Position numbers and translations under genes: made by a program. A model generated the notes under the pieces. That model saw only the letters and a list, made by a program, of their open reading frames with translations. It was not told the origin of the DNA and did no database searches. From Chara braunii (lineage: Eukaryota > Plantae > Charophyceae), in NCBI GenBank assembly GCA_003427395.1, contig BFEA01000033.1:3115913-3179912 (forward strand): 64,000 bases of DNA. Reading direction: 5' to 3'. Of the stretch, positions 1 to 10,917 are shown piece by piece. Position 1 is the stretch's first letter. The number at the start of each line of letters is the position of its first letter.

Positions 1-993
1 TACGTAATCACATCATCATCAGCACAGAACTGATGTCGATGTCCTACCCGGCACTCTGCGCCCTGACTACAAATGGCAGGTCCTATCTAGCCTATACTAC
101 AATGCCAAAGATGACAACAACAGTTCGTGGAAGATGAGCAGCAATGAACTTCAGATACCAACAGTATCATAAAGTGACTAAATAGTCGTGACCTCGTACC
201 AACAGCAGGACTGCATCACGAGTCCCGCCAAATAAGAACACAACAAAAGCTCAGAATGACAATGCTGGCATAGTCTCTTCATCATCAACACAGACTCAAT
301 GTCGACTCCTATCTAGCAAGGAAAACGAGAGATAGCGAACTTCGGACATCAACAACATCATACACACGTGTCTAGATAGGCGTGACTTCGAACCACAAGC
401 AGAATTGCCTTACGAGAGTCACTAAATAAGAGCACAACAAAAACCCATAATTGACAGTGCCGGAATAGTCTCATCATTATCGACACAAAACCAATGTCGA
501 CTCCTATCTGGCGCTCGGCTCCCAAATTACAGATGGCAGATCTTATCTACCCTACAACTACAATGCCAAGGATGACGACAACAACTCTCCTGAAGTACAA
601 ACAGATAGCGGCGAATGCCGCATGCTTCATGCCCCAGGTATGCCTCTCTTATCACTCACAATCTCGATCACGGCACAGGTGTCACGTGTATCTATCTCTC
701 CCTCTCTCTCTCTCTCTCTCACGCACTGGCACACACACACATGTGTCGTAGTGGATATCTTGGTGTAGTAGTGGAAGATGCGATCAATTTTTTTTCTCCC
801 CAATGAATCGATCGAAAGTACTCTTCGTTCACACACACACACATAGTAGTAATGAATATTTCAACGTTGTAGAAAAAATCTGATCGGTTTTGGCTCATCC
901 CCTTCGATCGATGTTGGGCGAGGCCAGCCGCGGCCTTGGATCGATGATTGGGGCACACACACACACACACATAGGTAGTAGTGAATATCTCGT
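1..993 (-). mobile_element. Remnant of an older related LTR in minus orientation (host into which element A inserted)
   Basis: 421-600 is a diverged reverse complement of 4290-4450. 740-990 carries the same degenerate module (cacacatagtagtgaatat...ttttgctcatcc...gccagccgcggcct) as 30920-31560. It is cut at 993 by the TGTCAG start of LTR A. Confidence 0.65.
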
Positions 994-1750
994 TGTCAGA
1001 CCAAATACCCTTACAAGGGTATTTGGCCATGTTTTTACAATCGACACATCGATTGCATTGACCACCATTGTGATGTCAGTCTGAACTTAAAAGTGTACGC
1101 GTTCTTCGCGCGACACTTTGAAACGACTTTCCTCGACCGCTGAGGCCGGGGCAAAACGGTGAGAAAATTTCGTTAAGTATGCACGCGCGTTGTTGTGACG
1201 CGCGCTGTGATGGTTAGGATTAATAGTAATACCCTCTGACCGAAAGGATCGAGGGGTTGATTGAGTTAATGCTGTGTCGGGTAGATCCACGACACACACT
1301 GCGACTTGACCCGGTACCTGCCTACCTGCCGGTATTGGGCGTCTAAAAATACAAATGTTTGTCTTCCTCTACTCGGCCTCCTAATCGGGTACTCAACACA
1401 TCTACCTTTACTTGGTATGGCACTGACCTACCTGCCACTTGAGTGTTTCTGCCACGACCTTCAGTGTCATGGCCATAGCTAGGTACCGGCCTCTTTGCCC
1501 GCCACTTGAGTGTTTTCCCCGCCTCGACCTTCACTGTCGCGACCGCGACTAAGTACCGGCCCTTCGGGTCTCGCAAAGCAACCTAGTGCCCTTACAGGGC
1601 ACACACTCACGCAAGCCGACAAGCATTGGGATAGGCATGCAGGCCAGCAAGCAGGCACACGCCCAAGCTTAGGACAGGCTCGGGGCCACTAGGTGGGCTG
1701 AGCCCCAATCTTTTATATATGCCCGAGCGGCACCTTTATTAGTTAGAATA

Positions 1751-1837
1751 GGAGCTAGCTCAGTAGGTTTAGGGGTGGATTGTGATATAGGAGGTACGAG
1801 GATCGAGTCCACCTGACCTTTGAGCGAGTTCCTTTTT
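1751..1837 (+). ncRNA. Putative LTR-encoded Pol III small RNA (tRNA-type A/B boxes, terminal stem, T5)
   Basis: A box TAGCTCAGTAGG at 1756-1767 and B-box-like GGATCGAGTCC at 1800-1810 are at tRNA spacing. 5' GGAGCTAGCTCA pairs with TGAGCGAGTTCC just before TTTTT. TATA-like element at 1714-1720. Expression is not shown. Confidence 0.5.
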
Positions 1838-2022
1838 AAGGAGGACTTCACTTTTATTTATCTAGGACTCGGTCGCCCGGGGCTTGAACCCGCGACCTCT
1901 AGTTTAAGTTAGTTGCAGTTAAAGCCCGTCGTGACAAATGGCACGACAGGGTAGTTTGACAGTTAGATTTTCTCTTGTTTTTTTTCATTGTTTTTCTTTT
2001 ATTCTTTATGCTTTTCTCTTCT

Positions 2023-2083
<61 letters not shown>

Positions 2084-3647
2084 TTTTTTTTGTTTATTTC
2101 CCCTCCCCGATCTCGTATGAGAAACCTTTTTGAATTTGTCGAAGAACCCGCGGCAGATTCATTCCCGGGATTTTCCCGACGTCCGCGCCGGTACCCGTTC
2201 GACACATGCCAAGAGGAGACGAGGGACTCGGAGACAGGGAACGAAGAGAGACGACTACGGGGCAGTGGCGCAAGCGGGGAGGAAGTGCGCAAAAGAGTGC
2301 AAGGCGTGCGTAGAGCATGGAGGGGACAACGAGCGCGATGGAGATAGCGATCACGCGAGGGTGGAGATGGCCGTGCGGTAGGAAGAGAAAGCAACAGCGT
2401 GGGTGACGTCCCTGAGGCACAGGGAGCAGCGAGGAGTTAGCATGGGGAGTAGGAAAGGGGAACCACGCGGAGGTAGGAGAAGACCGCGTGGAGGAAGAAG
2501 AAAGCACAATGGAGTAGAAGAAGAAAGAGAGAGAAGAAGAAGAAGAAAAAGGAGAGAGAAGGAGGAAGGAGAAAGAGAAGGAGAATGAGAAGAAGGAGAA
2601 GGAGTAGGAGGAGGAAAAGGGAGAAGGTGACTTACCTGACTGTAGGTGTGGCCTCTCTTGTAGTCGCAGAAGGCGACATGAAAGATAGGCCGTCATCACG
2701 CGACTTGTTCGCGCGCTTGTGCCTGTTGCGTGCCCCATGGCGTGGTCTCGGCGGATCTTGATGCGTTGCTTTGAGGGATGACGACAGCAAGAAGATAAGA
2801 TAAGGTAAGTCTCCTGCCCCGCGACTGACCTCTAGCTACTTTCATCGAATAGGATGCGCTAATCCGAATGAATTTATCGATAGTTTGAGGAAATGTACAT
2901 TGCTACTCCCGTTTGTTTGTATAAGTATGTGTTTGTGTGTGTATGAGTGTATGTGTGTGATAAAAGGAAAGATAATGTAAGCCTCCGATCTTACAGCCTA
3001 CCCGCGCTACTTCCATTGAAAAGTATGAGCAACTTGATTGAATCTACCGAAACACCACTACTATAGAGTGTGCGCTTGCGAATATGTACGTGAGCACGTG
3101 TGTTAGTGTGTGTGTGTCTGATCGCGCAGCTGATCCCGCTACTTCCATCGATAGGAAGAGCGACAACGAATGAATCTATACTTCAACTATGTGTGTGTGT
3201 ATATGTGAGTGTGTATGTGTGTGTGTGAGAGAGAGGGAGAAAGAGTTCTTCTTCTTCCTCCTCTAAGTCTGCCATCTCTCCCTCACCCTCTTGCTACCTG
3301 ACCTCTCAGACATCTGCGGACTACGTGTGTGAGAGAGAGAGGGAGAGACAAAGAGGGAGAGAGAAGGAGAGAAGAAAGGTCGGCGAGGGAAAGAGAAGGA
3401 GGAGGTGAGAAAGATCGAAGAAGGAGGAGGAGGAGAAAGGAGAAGAAGGCGAAGAAGAAGGAGATAGGGAGGAAGAAGGAGTACTGCGATCGGCTCGTTG
3501 AGCAGCTTACCGTGCAACGGGTAAAGTCGCCGAGGCCGCAGCTGGCTTCGCGCAGCCGCAATCGAAAAGGACGAGCGGTATCAATCGAAACTTTCTGCTG
3601 CCACGTCGAAATATTCGTCATTACATGTGTGCGTGTGTGTGAGTATG

Positions 3648-3729
<82 letters not shown>

Positions 3730-3812
3730 CTAGTGCCTTCGCAGCGTACGTGATCATGCATGGACTACTTCCCCACGCCAAACATGCGCACTGCCTACGT
3801 GGCATGTGCACC

Positions 3813-3903
<91 letters not shown>

Positions 3904-4569
3904 CAAGTTACGTATAAGGGCCAGCCCGCGCTACACTGATGAATCCAGCGGGTCGATTGCCTGGGTCGAAAGGACCGAGCAATTTTCCTAACGTTCATCG
4001 TGTCGGGGATAGATTGTTGTAATTATTGATCTTGAACGAGGAGTGCCCAATAAGCGCGAGTCAATAGCTCGCGCTGATTACGTCCCTGCCCTTGGTACGC
4101 ACCGACCGTCACTCCTACCGATTGAATGGTCCAGTGAAGTGTCTGGGTTGCGGTGATCTTGGCGGTCTGCCGATGGGGCTGCACGTGGCATACTGTGTGG
4201 AGGGGATCGAGGTTGTGAGTGATGCGACGGACATACCTGGTGCTTGGTGCGACGGCGTGGTCCGAGATCTGCTCATACTTCGGGAGAGTTGTTGACGACA
4301 ACAACTGCATCGTAGTTGTAGGCTAGATAGGATCTGCCACTTGTAGATTGGGCTTAAAGCGCCAGATAGGATATCAACATTGGGTCCTCGTTGATGATGA
4401 TGATGAGACTATTCCAGCATTGTCAATTATGAGTTTTTAGTGTGCTCACAATTCTGCTTTTTGTTCGGGGTCATAAGGATTTGGTCTCAGGTGTATGGAG
4501 CTGCTTGGTTTATGAAGTTTGCTATCGCTCATTTTTCTTGCATTATGATTATGATTGTGATTGTTATTA

Positions 4570-4619
<50 letters not shown>

Positions 4620-5125
4620 TTATTATTGCTATTTCATCCTAGCAGGATAGTGACTATGTACATTTGAAGAAAAAGAGCCGGAATGGAACACCGTGTGGGG
4701 GAGGACAAAGTACTCACGGGAAAGAGGAAGGGTGTGAAAGAAAACAGAGGAAGTGTGAGGTACGAGAAAGAGAGACGAATGATGATAATGATGATGATGT
4801 GAAGACACATACCTGGTATTGGCGATGGTCTACACGGGGCAACATCCTCGAGTACTTCGCATGGGCCGCTGACGTCAACGGGATGCATCGTCAATTAGTG
4901 GGCTAGTAGTAATTGTGTAGGGAGTTGGCTGGCGTCAAGCACCAAATCGGGAGAAGGGCCTTGATACACATGTTGGTGATGGCGAGAGCAAAACTCTCGT
5001 TAACATTTGGTTTTCAGTTTTACGATTCTCCATTGGTGTTATATTGGTGCAATGTTGTTTTCTGAACCCTGTGATACGATCTGGCTTTCGACGCTATCGT
5101 GCAAACTGAGTATTGTCATTTCGAT

Positions 5126-5232
<107 letters not shown>

Positions 5233-5572
5233 TGACAGTTGCACATATCTGAATGGTGCTGTAACAGAAGGAAGTCGGGGGGGGGGAACTGCATGACTGT
5301 GCCAGACTGTTTCGTCGGACTTACACCGACCCATGAAGGAGGTTGAACCACGACAGTGTGCCCGGGATGCATTTGACTGATGAATAAGAACTCACTACGT
5401 CGCCCAGAGATAGTGATACCCCTGAAAAAAGTGGTTTGCCTTACTCACACCAACCCTGCAGTCCTAGCAGACTGTCGATCCAAACCCCTGACCAGAACGA
5501 CAGTAAGTCTGAGAAAATAACCTGTCAACAGCCATAAAACCCACTCTACGTGCCCATTCAACTGTGTGTGCG

Positions 5573-5630
<58 letters not shown>

Positions 5631-5631
5631 N

Positions 5632-5685
<54 letters not shown>

Positions 5686-6862
5686 AAGAGAAAGAGAGTC
5701 TGTTAATAGGGCATTCTGGAGCAACGGACTAATCACCTGGTTCCATATCCGACAACCGTTGTCGGCCGAGGGCCGATCTTCACTTCTCATTCTACTGCAG
5801 TCCAGGCATCTTCACTGGTGAGTACCAGAGGCATCAGAGAACGAGACAGGGAGAGAGACAGAGGAAGAGATAATAGAGAGAATGAGGGTGATGAGATACG
5901 TACCTGGTACATGTGAGAGGTCGGCTACGGTGTTGACAGTCATGTGCATTTGGTCTTCGAGAGTTGAGGAGAGTCTGTCGAGCGAACACAGCTGTAGGTA
6001 GGATAGTCAAGTAGAGTTTGACTGGGCGCCAGGTACCAGGCAGGGAGCAGCGACTTAGGGTACTATGTTGGTGTGGCCTACGGGCTTGGACATAGGCTCA
6101 ATACTTCATTGTATTGCTTTTTATGGATGTTTTTTCTCGGTGCATTTGTACTCTCTTCTTGGGATACTACTACTTGTTCAGCTGTGTGATTCGCAACTTG
6201 GCTTTTGTATATCGTCCCCACTCATACTCATCGTAGTGGAGTAATCGGTTCATACTGATGACGTCCCTGCCCTTTTGTACACACCACCTGTTGTTCCTAC
6301 CGATTGAATGGTCTGGTGAAGTGTCTAGACCGCGGTAGTCTCATGGTTTTGCTGTCGGGGTGCTGTGAAAAGTTCATTGAACTTCATTATCTCAAAGAAA
6401 AGGGGGGAAAACATGCAGAGAAAGGGAGAAGGAGAAGTGGAAGAAAGAGAAGAGGGAGAAGAAGGAGAAAACGAAGGGAGAGGAAGTAAAGAAAAGAGAG
6501 GGAGAGACAGACAGACAAAAGCACAGACAGGTACAGACACAGAAAGAAACAGACAAACACATATATAGAAAGAAACAGACAAACATATACACACACAAAA
6601 AGGAACAGATAGACAAACATACACGCAGAAAGAGACAGATAAACAAACAAGAGAGAGAGGAAGAGAAACAAAGAAAGAGCAACTTTGGATACTATGTTGG
6701 TGTGGCCTACGGGCCTAGGCATTGACTCATTACTTCATTGTATTGCTCTATATGGATGGTTTCTCGGTGCATTTGTATTCTCCGCTTGGAAACGACTACT
6801 TCGACATCTGTGTGATTCCGCAACTTGGGTTTTTGTATACCGTTCACACTCATTGATGGTGA

Positions 6863-6905
<43 letters not shown>

Positions 6906-7059
6906 GTTGTTGTTGTTGTTGATTGTTGTGAAAAACCCAGACAGAAAGCTACTCGTTAGGTGCTTTACTACAGGTAGACTCAGATCTGTGCAATATCTTC
7001 CGTAACCGGGGAAGTGATATCTGCTACAATGTCTCGTAACCAGTAGACGAAGAAGGCAG

Positions 7060-8040
7060 TGTAGATCAGTGGCATGAACCAGAACAACGCTGTACACAGC
7101 GTGGCCAATGTCACGTCAGCAGCAGACAAGCGGCAATGCCACAGCAGTGTAGACAAGAGGGGTGCCACATCAGCACTGCAGACAGCGTGGCAATGCCACC
7201 TCAACAATGTAGGCAAGTGGCATGCGTCACATTATCATGTAGACAGCGTGGCCAATGCCGCGTCAGCAGCAGACAGGCGGCAGTGCCACAGCGGCTGTGT
7301 AGACCAGTGGCAAGCCACATCAGCAGTATGAACGAGTGGCCTGCACCACATCAACATATAGGCAGCGTGGCCTGCGCCAGTACAGCAGTGTAGACAGGTG
7401 GCGTGCGCGACATCATTAAAGTAGATCAGTGGGATGCACCACATCAGCACGGCGGACATATGGCGTGCGCCACGGCAATGGAAACTAGTGGCAATGCCAC
7501 ATCAGCGGTAGAGACAGGTGGTATGTGCCACAACCGTAGGTAGACAGCATGGCCAATGTCACGACAGCGGAAGAGACATGCGGCAGCATCACCGCAGCAA
7601 TGGCAACAGGTGACCTGCACTACAACAACAATGTAGACCAGTGGCAACGCCACATCAGCTTTGCAGACAAGTGGTCTGCGCTACGACAGCAATGCAGACA
7701 AATAGCAATGCCACACCAACATTGCAGACAGATGGCCGGCACCAGATCAGCAGTATAGACTGATGACATGTGCCATCACTGTAGACAGGGTGACCAATGC
7801 CGCGTCAGCTGCAGAGACAGGCGACATCGCCACAGCAGCTGAAACTAATGGCAATACCACGTCAGCAGTAGAGACAGGTGGCAGGGGCCACATAAGCAAT
7901 GTAGGCAGGTGGCTGCGCCGCTTCAGCACTACAGATTGATGGCATGCGCCACATCAGCAATGTGGATCAATTGGATGCGCCACATCAGGAATGCCTGGCG
8001 CACAGAATATACAGCGCCAGCATGCTGCCACAGTCCCGCG
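7060..8040 (+). repeat. Degenerate ~30-bp minisatellite (GCCAC[A/G]TCAGCA...GTAGACA...GTGGC) inside LTR A
   Basis: Roughly 30 imperfect units visible; inverted copy at ~29320-30290. Confidence 0.8.
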
Positions 8041-8962
8041 TCATCCGCAGCACCAGCGCGCAGCCAGCATTAAGCCAGCGACAAGACAACACAGCAAGAC
8101 TGGTCCCGAGTCCCTTACCCGCAGTCATACAGATTAACTCCCGGCTAAGGGCCTGGACTGTGTACAGTGACAAACTTCTTCTTGGATCTGCAATTGTCTG
8201 GGTACCTACATGCGGACAGACAGAGGCAGAAACAGACAAATAAAACAGACTGACACACAAACACGAAGGCAGCAACAAGAATTGGACACACGTTAGCAAT
8301 AACAACAGCGGCAGACACAACGGCGTCCGCTGCAGCAGCTACCTCGCTAGGCCTTGGTGCACACAGTCCCACACGGTGCTTGCTGACTTGACTAGTGCGA
8401 CCGGGACAGGGTACCGATGACTGGACTGGGGTAGATCGCCCACTTTCATACTTGCATACGGACTTCCTACTTGGACTTAGGAAAGGTCACTTCCGGATCT
8501 TCCGGAAGACTGCAGACTTAACTTTTGGCACTGTAGCAACCAGGACTTATGCCACAGTTGCGATTCCTAAGACACATACACTCGGAGAGTGAGACAGAGC
8601 GAGAGATAAAGAGCAAGAGGGAGAGAGATACGTATCTGGTGCGTGTGAGAAGTCAACTATGGTACTGACGTCATACACATTGGTTTTTAAAGATTAAAGT
8701 GAGCCTTTTGCAAAGGTGTAAGCAGAACAGGCAGGATGAGTACAATAGACTGGGCACCAGATAGTAGGAGTGACATTGAACACTGTGGGTTTGACCGTTG
8801 GTTCACGAGATCACTACATCGTTCTCATTTGGATGGGATGCATTTCAACTCTGCTCGTTTTATGATTATCTGGACTTCTACATGATTGATCGTGACTTAG
8901 ACATTTGCGTATCGCGTTCATTCATTTTCTTGTATTATTATTATTATTATTTATTATTATTA

Positions 8963-9035
<73 letters not shown>

Positions 9036-10899
9036 TATTATAATTATTATTANTATTATTGTTATTTGTTGTTGTTACTATTTCATTACCTACACCGTCT
9101 GTTCTGATCTGATTGTCAGTACAATCAGACATATGCAGTTGAACCAATACCTAGCTAGAGCCATTGCCTGGGTTCACGCACGCGGGTCTAGAGCAAGTGT
9201 AAGTGCGGATTGATTGATGAATGGATGTAGGACGGGTGACAGGATAAGGCTCCAGGGTGAGGAACATCCTATTACTCGTCTCTACATGCATACATATCTT
9301 AGATAATTAGGTTCACATACTAGATGTGGGGTACTGCTGTGCGGGTCATCACATGGTCTGTCCAAGTCTAAACGAGTTAGACTAAAACAGGTGGTGCGAT
9401 ACTCATGTCTGAGTTATCCTACTGCTTGAGTAAGTATGAGATGAAGGCTTCTGTCGGGGTCTTGCTATTTCAATCTTACATTTGATCGGACTATATTATA
9501 GTCCACAGATAGAACTGAAGTTCACATCGCTGAACTTCGTGTTGGGCGATAGTGAGGCAGATGCTGAGATCTTGTGACCTGTGTGTATTTGCAGGTCATC
9601 TTAATCAAGAAGACTCATTATGAGTCAATGCAAGACTACATGTTGTTGCCATATGGTAACAGGTTGGTTATCTGACTCAACCTTCACTCACCTCTACACC
9701 CACACTTTGCATCAACCTTTGCACTAAACGACATCTCTGTTTTCGGGTCATTTGTCCAAAGGGTCTGTGTTTGGTCCAAAGAGGTATTTGAATGGCTAAG
9801 TCGAAAGGGGAATGTCTGGTTAAAAGCATTGGAAGCGTAAGTGTGGTGTGTGTGAAAGTGAATGAATGGTTGACTCTGCTAGGATTGTGTAATGTGATTG
9901 ACTCTTGTCTGCAGGTCAGTAAGACGACCAACCTTGTTTTATTCACTCTACTAGCATTGTTTACCTCGACTCAGAAATTTCGTCGACTCGTAACCTTTGT
10001 ACATTTGGTTTGGATTTCCGACTTATACCCTTTTGATGTTGAATAAATTACGACAATTGGCAAAGGCCGAGAGCCTTATTCATATCATTCTTCTTTGACA
10101 GGCCATGAGCCTATCTTTTATTTTTGATACATATTTGACTGACCATGAACCTACTTTTATCTGTGATGTTTGTTGAAAGGTCAAAGAGCCTCTTGAGTGT
10201 TTCTCTTTCAAAAGTTAAAGCTTCATTCATTTCTGATGTTTGTCTCTGTTTGTGTAAAATGTAAAAGACATCTCCCCGCCTTATTTCTCAGCCTTATCTC
10301 GCTTCGCATGTATGTATACTATGGTTAAAAGGTTTTTCAAAGAAAGATATGTAGAGTGGGCTTGATCACTAGGTAGGATGGGTATTTGTCTGATGCTCAA
10401 CCCCTGGTAATTTAAGTACAAAGAGGGGTCCTACTTGAACCTGGAATAGGTTATGAGTCATACCTATAGAAACTATTTATAGGCAAAGCATAGTATTGCG
10501 CGAACGTTCATCAGTCAAGTCGACCTGATTGTAAGTCGGTCCGGGAGATCAGCGCCCCGATGCCCGACGTGTATACGGGTCAGTCTGCTAAGGCGATCGA
10601 GAAAACGCCCTCGGCTGACTTACCTATGCGATTGCAAGTAAAAGCCTTCGCACGTGAGTCAATAGCTCAGCAGGGATACGCCCACCTAAGGGATGGTGAC
10701 AACTCCCGCAGGTGGAGGTATGTTGTACCTCACGGGCTCCCTAACCTGTCGTAGGGAGTCGCGAGAGGTATAGCACGCATGCACGGTCGGAGTTGGTCTT
10801 TTCGCTGAAACTCCTATAAAACTCCTGCGTGACACGACCGTGAGGTTCAACACCGAAAACTACTTTACATCTGGGTGTGAGACCGTCGCGCGCGACAGG

Positions 10900-10917
10900 T
10901 GGCCCCGTTGCCCGGGA
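10900..10917 (+). promoter_or_regulatory. Primer-binding site, tRNA-Asp type (element A)
   Basis: TGGCCCCGTTGCCCGGGA matches 16/18 to TGGCGCCGTTGCCGGGGA, the complement of the plant tRNA-Asp 3' end (Athila-type PBS); 2 nt after the LTR end. Confidence 0.8.

Noticed and set aside
1751-1830. Functional tRNA gene
   Set aside because: A/B boxes are present, but acceptor, anticodon and T stems do not form a cloverleaf and the would-be anticodon region differs between copies.
3936-3972. Hammerhead ribozyme (CTGATGA...stem...GAAA), which would suggest a retrozyme
   Set aside because: Stem II register is off by one, no stems I/III or cleavage triplet were found, and the core is lost in homologues at ~19125 and ~54555.
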